This document shows positions 17,387 through 27,351 of a stretch of 64,000 nt of DNA, piece after piece. The DNA is from Nanobdellota archaeon (GTDB lineage: Archaea > EX4484-52 > LFW-46), in NCBI GenBank assembly GCA_018897155.1, contig JAHILE010000040.1, positions 20,157-84,156 of the forward strand. Direction: 5' to 3'. Positions within the stretch are counted from its first letter, which is position 1, and every line of letters begins with the position of its first letter. The notes under the pieces were generated by a model. That model was not told the origin of the DNA. It saw only the letters and a list, made by a program, of their open reading frames with translations, and did no database searches. The position numbers and the translations under genes were made by a program.

Positions 17387-19926
17387 TTCTTCCCCCAGCT
17401 TCCAAGCCCCTTCTGCTTTGCGCGCCCGAGTAAATCGTCTTCTGTCACGCCGAAAATGTGCAAGACGCGCAATGCTGCAGGCACAATCTGGTTGTTGATG
17501 TAATACTCCGGGTCGTAATTCTTTGCGTATTCAGTCAATTCCGCGCGATCGCTGATAGAACCGCTTCCTTTTGTAATGACGTATTCGATTGTCTCGCCGA
17601 CCCGAATTTCTTTGCCGCGCGCGTTTGCCTTCTCAACCGCTGCAACATGCGGGCCGCGCTGGACATAATGCTTGAGTTGCCGCGTAAGCTGCGTATAGAC
17701 GCGCAACTCAGTCAAAGGCACTTTCTCAAGCTTTACTTCCTGCACGATTTTTTTAACATACTCGACAGCTTCTTTCTGCCGTTTATTCAGAACCAAGTCA
17801 AGCACTTTTTCTTGAGTATCTTTTGCAAGCCTTGACCAGTCCCTGCGCACTTTTTCAAATCCGCGAATTGTGATATTGCCGTCTTTGTCTATCAGAGCAT
17901 ATCGCTTTTTCGCCCCACCCTCGCCGGCTTTCTTTGAAACAAAAATTCCGCGCACATAAATTCCCTGCAAATCAAGCTCCATTATTCCAGGAAGTGTTGC
18001 ATTCACTTTCTGCAAAAAATTATGCGCCTCAACTTCTGTATTTTTGTCGATGCGCAAAAATAAAGAATCCGTATCGCCATATAGCGCTTCAAAACCCTGC
18101 TCCTCTGCCATTGCAATGACATTCTGTATATAGTTTCTGCCGAATGCAGTGACTGCTGACGCACATTCCCTATTATACCATCGCGAGCCGGCAAAGCCAA
18201 GATACCCGTACATTGCGTTGCTGACTGTCTTTACCGCGAACTGGCGCGCATTCAGTTCGGCATAATCGCGGCTTTTCTTATCATGGAATTTCATCTTTTC
18301 CTTTATGTGCTTTCTTTCCTGGAAAAGGTCTAAAAGAATTTCCGGAATAAACCCTTTTGTATTTGTACAAAAATGGCTTCTGCTTCCAGGAATTTTATTT
18401 TCCTGCCGGTCCTTACAGCACGAACAATTCAGCGTCTCAGGATCTATGTTGTGTGAGACAATTATGCTTGGATACAATCCCCGAAAGTCAAACACGGCAA
18501 TATTTTCATGCATCCCTGCTTTCGGCTCTTTGACAAAGCCGCCGGCAAACTGCTCCATATCCTTTCGGTCTCCGATTTCCTCTGACGATGGCCGATTCGG
18601 CACAACCACATTCATCTGCGATGCTTTTTTTATTGCATAGCTTTCAACAAGCTGGCCGTAAGTCATTCGTGACGCATCGCTTGGCAATTGAGCAGTGAGA
18701 TTTGACAGCTCAAAAATATTCGGCATTATCCGGTCTGCAAGCTTTAATGTAAGCAGTGAATCCTGCATGCAATAATCCGCAAGCTCGTGAAGCCGCGTCT
18801 TCTGTGTCCAGGCATCTTTCAGCTCATCCCAGGTGAATCCTTTTTTCCCTTCACCGACTAATTCCATTGCCACACTATCAAGGGATAGCGTTTCAGAACT
18901 CATTGCCGGGGACATCACCCGGGAGATGAAATTGAAAAGGTCTATATGCGGCATGCCTTTAAGAGTTGCGGCCTTTATTCTTCCTTTTTTCTGAAAGGAG
19001 AGTGGATTACCGTTCCTGCCGGAAATGATTTTCTCCTTAAGGTCTTTTGCTCTGGAATCAAGCACAACAAAATCAAACCCGTCGCCATTATACGTAACTA
19101 TGAAGTCGGGGTCAATAGATTTTATCTCTGAAAAAAGCGTTGACATAAGCTCTTTTTCTGATTTGACAAAAATTTCTTTTTCAAATCCGTTTTTCTCATA
19201 GCTTATGACCTTTGCGCGCCCGGCAGATGATGCAAAACTCGCCATGATTATCTTCTGTTTTTTATCCTCGTCAATTGTTTCAAGATCAAATGCAACTGTC
19301 TTTAATCCATTATGAAATGATTCTGTTTTTGATGCAGAAACGTTTTTTGCTAGAATAACAATATCTGCAGAATATCCAAAACGTTCTGCATTTTCCTTCT
19401 GCAATACCTCTGTTCCTTCTGCACAAACCCATGTAAGTGGCGCTATTTTTTTGTCAAGAAAATACCGCTTGTAAAAGGATATATCATATTCGCGCACTTC
19501 TGCTATTTTTTTTGACACTATCGGATTAGTTTTTACAATAGATTTCAGATGCGGTATGTGTGCGGGAATGTTTGCAAAAACTTTCAAGATATGGCGCTTG
19601 TCAAGACCAACAGTTTTCTCAGAAACATCAACAGATTTTACAGAAATGTCCCCGCCAGAAACAGCAGTTTCATCGCCGCCATTTGCGGTTTCATCAAACA
19701 CTCTTTCAGGAGTTCCTTTCACAATTATTTTTTCAATAGCTGATTTCAACAAAAGCAAATCCTCGGTCGTTAGCCCCGGCCTTGGCACAACATAAAAATA
19801 AGGATAGAATGAGTTGTCAAGAACTATTGCAGACTTTCCTTCATGCGTCCTTCCGTAAAGCCTGACATGCGGCTTTCCATCTAGCACAACATAATCTGCG
19901 TCGATTACGAAAATATCAAATACCAT
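17383..19926 (-). CDS. polB: DNA polymerase, family B
   Basis: An exonuclease domain plus the 'YGDTDSLFL' polymerase motif. The likely start is 'MVFDIFVID' at 19926, because the ORF track's upstream extension overlaps the neighbouring gene. Confidence 0.85.
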   Translation of the reverse strand: MVFDIFVIDADYVVLDGKPHVRLYGRTHEGKSAIVLDNSFYPYFYVVPRPGLTTEDLLLLKSAIEKIIVKGTPERVFDETANGGDETAVSGGDISVKSVDVSEKTVGLDKRHILKVFANIPAHIPHLKSIVKTNPIVSKKIAEVREYDISFYKRYFLDKKIAPLTWVCAEGTEVLQKENAERFGYSADIVILAKNVSASKTESFHNGLKTVAFDLETIDEDKKQKIIMASFASSAGRAKVISYEKNGFEKEIFVKSEKELMSTLFSEIKSIDPDFIVTYNGDGFDFVVLDSRAKDLKEKIISGRNGNPLSFQKKGRIKAATLKGMPHIDLFNFISRVMSPAMSSETLSLDSVAMELVGEGKKGFTWDELKDAWTQKTRLHELADYCMQDSLLTLKLADRIMPNIFELSNLTAQLPSDASRMTYGQLVESYAIKKASQMNVVVPNRPSSEEIGDRKDMEQFAGGFVKEPKAGMHENIAVFDFRGLYPSIIVSHNIDPETLNCSCCKDRQENKIPGSRSHFCTNTKGFIPEILLDLFQERKHIKEKMKFHDKKSRDYAELNARQFAVKTVSNAMYGYLGFAGSRWYNRECASAVTAFGRNYIQNVIAMAEEQGFEALYGDTDSLFLRIDKNTEVEAHNFLQKVNATLPGIMELDLQGIYVRGIFVSKKAGEGGAKKRYALIDKDGNITIRGFEKVRRDWSRLAKDTQEKVLDLVLNKRQKEAVEYVKKIVQEVKLEKVPLTELRVYTQLTRQLKHYVQRGPHVAAVEKANARGKEIRVGETIEYVITKGSGSISDRAELTEYAKNYDPEYYINNQIVPAALRVLHIFGVTEDDLLGRAKQKGLGSWGKK

Positions 19927-19961
19927 ACATATATTTGCACTCAAAGAATTAAATGCCTGAT

Positions 19962-20738
19962 TCATTCTTTTTCGCCATGTATTGCCTTTGCAAATTCCAT
20001 TGTTCTTGCAAGCGGATCTGCCGCATCCTCTATTTTTGTCCCAATGTGAATGCAATCGGCACCGACCTCAATCAACGCCTTTGCCTGTTCTGGTGTTTTG
20101 ACGCCACCAGCAATCACTATTACAAGATCCGTCGCCTTTCGTATTGCGGTCACAACCTCAAGCGGAACATGAACCGAGGCACCTGAACCTGATTCCAGAA
20201 TCACAAAACGCATACCCATGCACTCTGCTGCCAAAGCATATGCAACAGCCACATCCGGCTTGTCGCGCGGAATAAGGTTTGCCTCACTCACCCAGCCGAC
20301 GGTCTGGCCAGGCTCAAATATCAGGTATGCTGTCGGAATCGCCTCTACATTATGCTTTCTGATGAATGGCGCACCCACGGCCTGCACTCCGGAAATCCAG
20401 TACGGATTCTCCGAATTCAAAACAGTCATAAAATATATCGAATCGGCATGCTTTGTAAGCGCTGTCGCATTACCTGTAAAAAGATGAAGCGGCAAAGAAC
20501 AAGTTTCCTTTATTCCCTTTCCGCAGAGATCTATCAGCGCCTCGGTTCCCATAGACCCCCCAAGCATTAGTATATCCGCTCCGCCTTTTTGAAGCATCTT
20601 GGCAAGTTCAACTGTTTTTTCGGGCGCGTATTTGCCGGGATCAAGAAGACCCATGAACACTCCCCTGCCTTTGGCGCGTATGTCTCTGATATGCTGCTCA
20701 ACGCTGCCTTTAAAAGTATGTGATTTATTGCCATTCAT
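19962..20738 (-). CDS. geranylgeranylglyceryl phosphate synthase (PcrB/GGGPS family)
   Basis: A TIM-barrel PcrB-like fold with 'GGADILMLGGSMG' and a C-terminal 'IAGGVKTPEQA' phosphate-binding motif. Confidence 0.7.
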   Translation of the reverse strand: MNGNKSHTFKGSVEQHIRDIRAKGRGVFMGLLDPGKYAPEKTVELAKMLQKGGADILMLGGSMGTEALIDLCGKGIKETCSLPLHLFTGNATALTKHADSIYFMTVLNSENPYWISGVQAVGAPFIRKHNVEAIPTAYLIFEPGQTVGWVSEANLIPRDKPDVAVAYALAAECMGMRFVILESGSGASVHVPLEVVTAIRKATDLVIVIAGGVKTPEQAKALIEVGADCIHIGTKIEDAADPLARTMEFAKAIHGEKE

Positions 20739-20925
20739 AAGTTTTTGTTGTAGCCGAAGGTTTAAAAACGCAAAGATTCAATATTTTGTATGCGAAACTT
20801 GGCATTGATTATGCCAAGCTTTTCATTTTGAGGCCGTAGAGCCCTCAAAAGCTTGACACGAAGTCCTCTCGTTTTCCCTTGAGGCTTTACAATCATCAAA
20901 TTGTAAATGGCATGATTTTTTCGAT

Positions 20926-21882
20926 ATGTATGGTGGCTCAAAAATGAAAATTCTGATAACCGGAGGCGCGGGTTTCCTTGGAAGGCGGATTGCAAAAGAG
21001 GCAAAAAGGCGCGGCGCAGATGTTGCTGTTTTTACCCGAAATTCCGATAAAGAGCTTGAATCTCTTGGCATAAAGATAATTGCCGGAGATATCATGAGCC
21101 GCGAACAATTAAAGCGCGCGTTTGCCGGCTATGATGTCGTATACCACCTTGCTGCAGAAATTGATGAATCATCTAAGGATTTGTGGAACATTAATGTTGA
21201 AGGCACGCGAAACGTGGTCCGGGCATGCAAAGCGTCCGGAATAAAGCGGCTGATTTTCGCATCATCTATTGGCGTTCTTGGAGGATCGCAGGTGCAGCTT
21301 ACAGAAGATTCGCCTCATGCTCCTGAAACCGCATACGAAAAAACAAAAGCTGCTGCGGAAAAACTAGTTGTTGCTTCCGGAATTCCATACACTATTGTAC
21401 GCATGCCGCCGATTGTCGGCCCAAACAAGACGTGGCAAAAAATATTTGATGCTGCAAAAAAAGAATATCCAATTATCGGCTCCGGAGAAAATTACTGGGC
21501 TCTAGTATATATCGATGATGCTATTGAAGCGCTTCTCAAAATGCTTCGCCAGATAGCAAAAAACCAGGTATACAATATTGCGGAAGCAGAACCTCATAAA
21601 TACAACGAAGTCTATTTCACAATCACGCGCGTACTTGTTTGCCCTGCGCCCGAGAAGCACATGCCCGTATGGATTGCAATAATTGGGGCTTTTTTCTACG
21701 AATTAAAATGCAAACTCGCGCATAAAAAACCAAGCGTCACACTAATGATGGCAAGCATCAAGCGGCTTACAAGCAACCGCATCGTTAGCATAGAAAAGGC
21801 TAAGCGCGACCTTGATTATTCGCCGAAATACACGCTTAAGGATGCGATGAGTAAAACTGCGGAAGGGCTGGAAAAAATATAA
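20926..21882 (+). CDS. NAD-dependent epimerase/dehydratase (extended SDR)
   Basis: Rossmann motif 'ILITGGAGFLGRRI' and a YxxxK catalytic motif. Confidence 0.75.
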   Translation: MYGGSKMKILITGGAGFLGRRIAKEAKRRGADVAVFTRNSDKELESLGIKIIAGDIMSREQLKRAFAGYDVVYHLAAEIDESSKDLWNINVEGTRNVVRACKASGIKRLIFASSIGVLGGSQVQLTEDSPHAPETAYEKTKAAAEKLVVASGIPYTIVRMPPIVGPNKTWQKIFDAAKKEYPIIGSGENYWALVYIDDAIEALLKMLRQIAKNQVYNIAEAEPHKYNEVYFTITRVLVCPAPEKHMPVWIAIIGAFFYELKCKLAHKKPSVTLMMASIKRLTSNRIVSIEKAKRDLDYSPKYTLKDAMSKTAEGLEKI

Positions 21883-21907
21883 GAAGCAAAATAAATCTCC
21901 AAAAAGA

Positions 21908-23251
21908 TTATTGGCATAAATAATCGCTGCCACGCAATTCTTGCATGTTCAAAATTGCCTTTGAAATATGTTCCTGAGTGCCGATGTCGGGTCGGTGATA
22001 TATTGCTCCTCGGACTCCTGAAAAACCGGCCTCTGCATTTTTTTCTGCCGCACCAAGATTGTCTCCCACACCCAAAAATCCAAATGCCCTTGATTTTGTC
22101 AGATATAAGTTTTCGCCGCTTTCATAGACATTTGCATAAATTAATTGCGAATTGCCGGGCTTCTGGATGATTATAGCCCGATCAACAACTGGGTTTCCCG
22201 GATATCCTTCGGGAACGCCATATTTGAAAACAGTTGCCTGTTTTTTGAATTTTACGTTTTCTTTATTGAGCTTTCCATTCACAATCGCATTGAAAACATC
22301 AAGAATATCATTTTTAAGAAGCGGAAGAACATTGATAATTTCGGAATCTCCGCCGCGGGCATTGAATTCGATGACTGAAATCCCTTTTGCAGCGGCCATG
22401 AACTGACCGTATAGAATCCCCTGATACGGAATGCTTGTTTCTTTCTTTATCGCACCGGCAGTATCAGCCATTATTTTTTTGGCACCATCATAATCCGCTT
22501 GCGTCATGAACGGCAAAATGTCTTTTGAATCATTATATGAACCCATGCCGCCGGTGTTCGGGCCTTTTTCCCGGGCACGCTTCTCATCCTGAACCGCAGG
22601 CCCAAAAGCAAGAGTATCCCCGTCGACAAATGCCTGAAGAGTAAATTCCTCGCCGCGCAGCCTTTCTTCAATCACCAGATCAGATTTTTTCAAAACTTCC
22701 GCGGCATACTTTTTTGCGCCGCCAATATCAAAATGATCCGGAAAAAGGCGAACGCCTTTGCCGCCTGTCAAGCCTGCCGGTTTTATGACCGGGTCAATAT
22801 CCTGCGAAATCAATTCATCGATGTACGCTCCAACATCAAATGCGGTGTTTTCATTTTTTCTGAAAATGCAATACTGCGGATTTCCCGGAATGTGGTGCTT
22901 CTCCATTATGGATTCTCTGGCCCATGGCTTGTTTGTTTCAATCTGCGCAGCAAGCTTTTTCGGCCCCACTGTCGGAATGCCTGCATCCCAAAGCAAATCA
23001 GATATGCTTGCTGCAAGCGAAGTTTCGCCGCCAATGACTGCAAGCTCAATTTTTTTCTTCTCTGCATAATCAACAATTCCGCAATCATCTTCAGAAATAA
23101 TCTTAAAGCCTTTGCATAATTTCGAAATGCCCGGATTCCTTTTGCTCATCGCTGCATAAAGTTCCGGTTCATTATAACTGCTAGAAATCACTTTGGCAAA
23201 TTCGTGCTCCCGCCCTCCGCTTCCAACCAGGAGAACTTTCATGCATATCAC
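21908..23251 (-). CDS. purD: phosphoribosylamine--glycine ligase
   Basis: N-terminal 'KVLLVGSGGREHEFAKVI' plus an ATP-grasp domain. Confidence 0.8.
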   Translation of the reverse strand: MICMKVLLVGSGGREHEFAKVISSSYNEPELYAAMSKRNPGISKLCKGFKIISEDDCGIVDYAEKKKIELAVIGGETSLAASISDLLWDAGIPTVGPKKLAAQIETNKPWARESIMEKHHIPGNPQYCIFRKNENTAFDVGAYIDELISQDIDPVIKPAGLTGGKGVRLFPDHFDIGGAKKYAAEVLKKSDLVIEERLRGEEFTLQAFVDGDTLAFGPAVQDEKRAREKGPNTGGMGSYNDSKDILPFMTQADYDGAKKIMADTAGAIKKETSIPYQGILYGQFMAAAKGISVIEFNARGGDSEIINVLPLLKNDILDVFNAIVNGKLNKENVKFKKQATVFKYGVPEGYPGNPVVDRAIIIQKPGNSQLIYANVYESGENLYLTKSRAFGFLGVGDNLGAAEKNAEAGFSGVRGAIYHRPDIGTQEHISKAILNMQELRGSDYLCQ

Positions 23252-23257
23252 CTCAGA

Positions 23258-23896
23258 TCATTTCATCTTCCCAACCATAAAGCAATGGTCCTTTTCAAGA
23301 GGATCAAGTTCTATCTGTTCAAGAATATTAAACATCTTTGAAAGCTTCGCGCGCTCTTCTGCATAAATCTGCTGCGGCTTTTTTGCGACATTTATGCTTC
23401 GCGCCTTTACTGCAATCATCATCCAGCCCTGCGGCTTAAGGAAGACTTTTGCATTGCGCATAATGATTTCAGACTGGTCCGGCTGGGCAACGTCGCAGTA
23501 AACCAGATCGACTTTCTCAACAATCTGCGCGTAATTCTCAGGCATCCTTGCATCATCAAGAATCGGCGCGATATTTTTCCTCTGCCTTGCAAGCGGAATT
23601 AAATCGCGCATAGAGCGGCCTGAAAATTCTACGGCATAAATTATTCCGTTGCGCTCAACAATGTCAGAAATATGACTCGGCGTTGTTCCTGTGCTTGCGC
23701 CAAGATAAAGTATCTTCATTCCTTTTTTTATCGGAAAGTTCTTCAGGCCCTTGACAAGCGCCGCCCCGAGCTTTGAGCTAGTGGGGTCCCAGACGCGCCA
23801 TTCCTCCTTTCCCTTTCGCATAATGCGCTCTCCGTAGACTTTTTTTCCGTTCACAAGATTTTTTGTCGCATAGTCGCGCCCGAATTTTTGCATCAT
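23258..23896 (-). CDS. flpA: fibrillarin-like rRNA/tRNA 2'-O-methyltransferase
   Basis: 'ILYLGASTGTTPSHISDIV' and 'VYCDVAQPDQ' motifs. Confidence 0.85.
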   Translation of the reverse strand: MMQKFGRDYATKNLVNGKKVYGERIMRKGKEEWRVWDPTSSKLGAALVKGLKNFPIKKGMKILYLGASTGTTPSHISDIVERNGIIYAVEFSGRSMRDLIPLARQRKNIAPILDDARMPENYAQIVEKVDLVYCDVAQPDQSEIIMRNAKVFLKPQGWMMIAVKARSINVAKKPQQIYAEERAKLSKMFNILEQIELDPLEKDHCFMVGKMK

Positions 23897-23900
23897 AAAA

Positions 23901-24950
23901 TCATTTCCCTCGCTTCATTTTCGAAAGTTCTGCATCAAGCTCTCTTTTGTATTCCGCACCCACTGGCTTGCCTTTGTAAAAATCAACTTTTATCGCCATC
24001 GACAGCTTTGATGCAAGAAGGCGCGCCATTTTCCCTTTCCTCTCAAACGGCGCCTGCTGAACATAATTTGTCTGGAACAGTATGCCGTATTTCGGCGACT
24101 TTCCGCCGGTTACGAGATGGCGGAACAGCGCTTTTTCCGCGCCAAGAATCTGAATTGTAGATGACGGGAATTTGGCAAGCTTAACAAGCGAGCCGGCAAT
24201 AGCCAGGAGCCTTGCCGCAATCACGCTTCCAATAATAGCCGTTGTATTCGGCATGATTTCTTTTAATCGCGACTCGACATATCCCTCTATTGATTTTCTC
24301 TGTGCATACATTGCCTGAAGCGACTTCGCAAGGCTTTGCATCTGCAGAAGGTCTTTCTTTTCTATATCCGCGCCTATAGTCTCTGAAACATCAATTCCTT
24401 TGACATCTTTGCGGTAAAGCTCATCAGCAACATAACTTACCATTTGCTCGCTGTCCTGCATCTTTTCAAGAAGCTCAGGAAAGTAATATCCATACCACTC
24501 GCGCAGGCGTATTGAAAGCAGATTAGTGGTTTTATCCAGCTCGTCAATCGCATTCACTGCCTGTATGACCAGCTTGTCGTTTGAGAAGTCCGAAACCATC
24601 TTTTTTGCGGATAATTCGAGCGCAATAGAAGAAACAAATTCGAAAAGCATATCCCTTGACGCGATTCCGCTTTTTGATGCTATTGTTTCAAGGTTCCTGC
24701 GCAGGTATTCGCCGGCAGGATTCGGAAATTCGTGCTCATATCCTTCCTTTCTCTGCTCAAAAACGATTTTATCTGCCGCAATTTGCGAAAGAAGCTTTTT
24801 TTCGGCGTCGGTTACCGCGTATTCTGAGCATGCGTGCATGCTTTCAGCGGCTTTTGCGCGGTCAAAAAGGACGTGCCCAATCTCCTTGCCAGATGCATCA
24901 ACTACAAATACGCCAAGCGCGCAATACGAAACAAAAATCATGAAAACCAC
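23901..24950 (-). CDS. C/D box sRNP protein Nop5 (Nop56/58)
   Basis: It carries a NOP domain ('GAEKALFRHLVTGGKSPKYGILFQ'), a coiled-coil middle region and a short KK tail. It sits adjacent to fibrillarin as in most archaea. Confidence 0.8.
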   Translation of the reverse strand: MVFMIFVSYCALGVFVVDASGKEIGHVLFDRAKAAESMHACSEYAVTDAEKKLLSQIAADKIVFEQRKEGYEHEFPNPAGEYLRRNLETIASKSGIASRDMLFEFVSSIALELSAKKMVSDFSNDKLVIQAVNAIDELDKTTNLLSIRLREWYGYYFPELLEKMQDSEQMVSYVADELYRKDVKGIDVSETIGADIEKKDLLQMQSLAKSLQAMYAQRKSIEGYVESRLKEIMPNTTAIIGSVIAARLLAIAGSLVKLAKFPSSTIQILGAEKALFRHLVTGGKSPKYGILFQTNYVQQAPFERKGKMARLLASKLSMAIKVDFYKGKPVGAEYKRELDAELSKMKRGK

Positions 24951-25077
24951 AATACCTTAATACACTCCATATATAACTATTTTCAAGTTTTTAATGCAGT
25001 GCCTAAAAACTATCACACACCATTAGTGCTTTAAATAGCTTTAAAAATGTATTAGTCAATAAATATGAGAGATACTT

Positions 25078-25269
25078 ATGGGAAGAATCAAGCAAAAATT
25101 CATAAAAAACAGGGCCTTTGAGCTTGTCTGCGAACACGAGAAATTCACCACGGATTTCAAAAAGAACAAGGAAATCCTGCCTGAATTCGCGGATGTAAAG
25201 AACAAAAAAACAAAGAACAAGCTCGTGGGTTACATAACTAGGCTTGAAAAACAGAAAAAAAGGTATTGA
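25078..25269 (+). CDS. rps17e: ribosomal protein S17e
   Basis: 'MGRIKQKFIKNRAFELV...NKLVGYITRL' matches the conserved eS17 N-terminus. Confidence 0.7.
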   Translation: MGRIKQKFIKNRAFELVCEHEKFTTDFKKNKEILPEFADVKNKKTKNKLVGYITRLEKQKKRY

Positions 25270-25320
25270 TTCTTGTCAGTGGCATAAGCGCCATACCGCA
25301 CAGATTAAAGTATTTAACTT

Positions 25321-25986
25321 TTGAAGGGTAAAATAATCTGTGAATTGATGATACCTGAAGAATCCAAAAATCTGGTTCTTGACGAAAGCGCAAAAACAGT
25401 AAAAATCACGCTGAATCCGCGGCTTTATCCGCAGACTGTTGTGATGCGCGCAGCCTACCGTTTCACCGATGATTTCGACGTTATTGTTGACGGAGATCCT
25501 CTGTCAAGCATATTCGTAACGCTAAAGGTCAAGGCAGAAGATGTGGAAAGCACAACGCGTAAAGATTTGGAACAGCTTGAAAATGCTTTTTTCTCCGAGC
25601 TCATCCATGCAAATGTCGAAGAGACTCAGTCGCGCAGGTATGCTGATACAAGAAACGCGCTGATAGGGGCTGCGCTGAGGAACTTAATGGTCCAGGCAAC
25701 ACCGGAAAAGATTGAGAATATCGGAAAAAAACAAAAAACAACTGACGAAGAAAGTGCTTTTGATAAAATTTACAAATACATGCCAAAACAGAATTGTGGA
25801 AAATGCGGCGCAGATTGTGAAAAAACCGCAAAAAAAATACTTACAGGTGCTGCGAATCCAAATACATGTTTTCATCTGAAAAGGGCAGAATTTTCTGTGG
25901 TGCGAGAAGGGCTTGAAAATGCGCTTATTGCGCTAAAAAACAATAATGATTGCTATGAGCTTAATAAGAAAGACGAAAAATGCTGA
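25321..25986 (+). CDS. hypothetical protein with C-terminal CGxCGx3C...C Fe-S-like cysteine cluster; first gene of rSAM cluster
   Basis: The C-terminal 'NCGKCGADCEKT...NTCFH' cysteine cluster. Its 3' end overlaps the first rSAM gene by ~40 nt. Confidence 0.4.
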   Translation: MKGKIICELMIPEESKNLVLDESAKTVKITLNPRLYPQTVVMRAAYRFTDDFDVIVDGDPLSSIFVTLKVKAEDVESTTRKDLEQLENAFFSELIHANVEETQSRRYADTRNALIGAALRNLMVQATPEKIENIGKKQKTTDEESAFDKIYKYMPKQNCGKCGADCEKTAKKILTGAANPNTCFHLKRAEFSVVREGLENALIALKNNNDCYELNKKDEKC

Positions 25987-26911
25987 TTCCATTCTGGCAA
26001 ATGGTGCCTGTCAAACCGCAGAGCATGGCAAAACAGATTATATTCTTATAGGCATCAACAGAATTTGCGATAATGACTGCCTATTCTGCACAGATAACGA
26101 AAGCCATCCGGAATTAAACACAGATGCTAATGGCGTTATCAAAAGAATCGATTCACTAAATATTAAAAAATACCGCACAATAATACTCTCTGGCGGAGAG
26201 CCTGCAGAACAAGAAGGAATATCGGGAATAATATCACACTTAACTAGAGAGGGTCATACGGTTCAGATAATCACAAACGCAAGAAAATTTTCAGATAATA
26301 TATTTTCAAAAAATGTTGCGGATTCTGGCCTGAAAACCGCAATTACTGAAATACATTCTTCGATTCCCGAGGTACATGACTACATCACGCAAAGGCCCGG
26401 AAGCTTCAACGAAACCGTACTCGGAATAAGAAATCTAATTAATCTGAATGTAAACGTGCAAATAAAAATCATACTGAACCGCATAAATTACAAGACTTTG
26501 CCGCAGATTATAAAATATATTTGCAGGACATTCCCGGAATCAAAAATCAATATCACAACAACAAACATTAGTGGAAACGCACTAAAAAATAAGGAATTAC
26601 TCGCGGTCCGATTCTCTGAGGCTGCTGAGTACATAGAAAAAGGAATAAATGTTGCAAACCGATTTAATGCGCGAGTTTCTATCTCATGTTTGCCGCTTTG
26701 CGTGCTTCGTCCGCAGTATCGCACGTACATATTATCGAATGTACAATACCAGTATCTTGATGTTGGAAGCGATAAGATGCACACGCCAAAAAGGCACTTT
26801 GCACCATCATGCGAACGCTGTATTGATTCATGCAGATGCATGGGATTTTGGCGCAGCTACCTGGACTTATTCGGAGAAAGCGAAATACCCCCCATATTTG
26901 CGAAAGATTAG
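25946..26911 (+). CDS. radical SAM enzyme (paired paralog A)
   Basis: 'CDNDCLFC' is a CxxxCxxC motif. It also carries 'LSGGEP' and 'GNALKNKELLAVRFSE', plus a C-terminal 'SCERCIDSCRC' auxiliary Cys cluster. Confidence 0.7.
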   Translation: MIAMSLIRKTKNADSILANGACQTAEHGKTDYILIGINRICDNDCLFCTDNESHPELNTDANGVIKRIDSLNIKKYRTIILSGGEPAEQEGISGIISHLTREGHTVQIITNARKFSDNIFSKNVADSGLKTAITEIHSSIPEVHDYITQRPGSFNETVLGIRNLINLNVNVQIKIILNRINYKTLPQIIKYICRTFPESKINITTTNISGNALKNKELLAVRFSEAAEYIEKGINVANRFNARVSISCLPLCVLRPQYRTYILSNVQYQYLDVGSDKMHTPKRHFAPSCERCIDSCRCMGFWRSYLDLFGESEIPPIFAKD

Positions 26912-26989
26912 CAAACGCGTTTTTATAATTTGGCTGACAATTTAGTATATGCCCAGTAGATGCGTTAGCGTATGTAATAAGGTGCTTCA

Positions 26990-27340
26990 ATGAGTTTAAA
27001 GGAAAAACTGGAAAGAATAAAAAACCAGAACATAAAAAAAGCGTTTGAACTCCCGGAAAATGAAAAAACCGGAGTTGTAAACGGGCTCCTGATTCTTGGC
27101 GCGGCCATCGGAGCGCTAATAAGCCAGCAGCAAACCGCACATAGCACTCCGACGCCGACAAGCTGCGCAGATACATTAAACGACAAAGTAACGGAAACAG
27201 AAATACCTGCAAATAATCTGGATTTGGGTTTTGTTGAAAACTCCTGGCAGGACCACTGTTGGTGGGATCATTGCTGGTGGGATCATTGGGACCATTGGGA
27301 TCATTGGGATTTTACATTGTTTGCAAATGGTGGTAATTAG
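26990..27340 (+). CDS. repeat-containing small protein: hydrophobic N-region plus C-terminal WQ(DHCWW)2(DHW)3DF tract; candidate rSAM substrate peptide
   Basis: The C-terminus reads 'SWQDHCWWDHCWWDHWDHWDHWDFTLFANGGN'. It is encoded by 15-bp and 9-bp DNA tandem repeats and lies between the two paralogous rSAM genes. Confidence 0.5.
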   Translation: MSLKEKLERIKNQNIKKAFELPENEKTGVVNGLLILGAAIGALISQQQTAHSTPTPTSCADTLNDKVTETEIPANNLDLGFVENSWQDHCWWDHCWWDHWDHWDHWDFTLFANGGN

Positions 27341-27351
27341 GTGACGCACGT

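Noticed and set aside
19927-20055. An N-terminal extension of the polB ORF (MHSHWDKNRGCGR...) overlaps the GGGPS gene.
   Set aside because: The conserved family-B N-terminus starts at 'MVFDIFVID' (ATG 19926). The upstream 43 codons are Cys/Arg-rich nonsense, would overlap the neighbouring gene by ~95 nt, and merely precede the first stop in frame.
20739-20925. Short ORFs 20762..21004 and 20823..21095 and a stem-loop (CCTCAA...TTGAGG) lie in the divergent intergenic region between GGGPS and the epimerase.
   Set aside because: They are probably just the divergent promoter region. The ORFs are arginine/serine-rich shadow frames and the hairpin is short.
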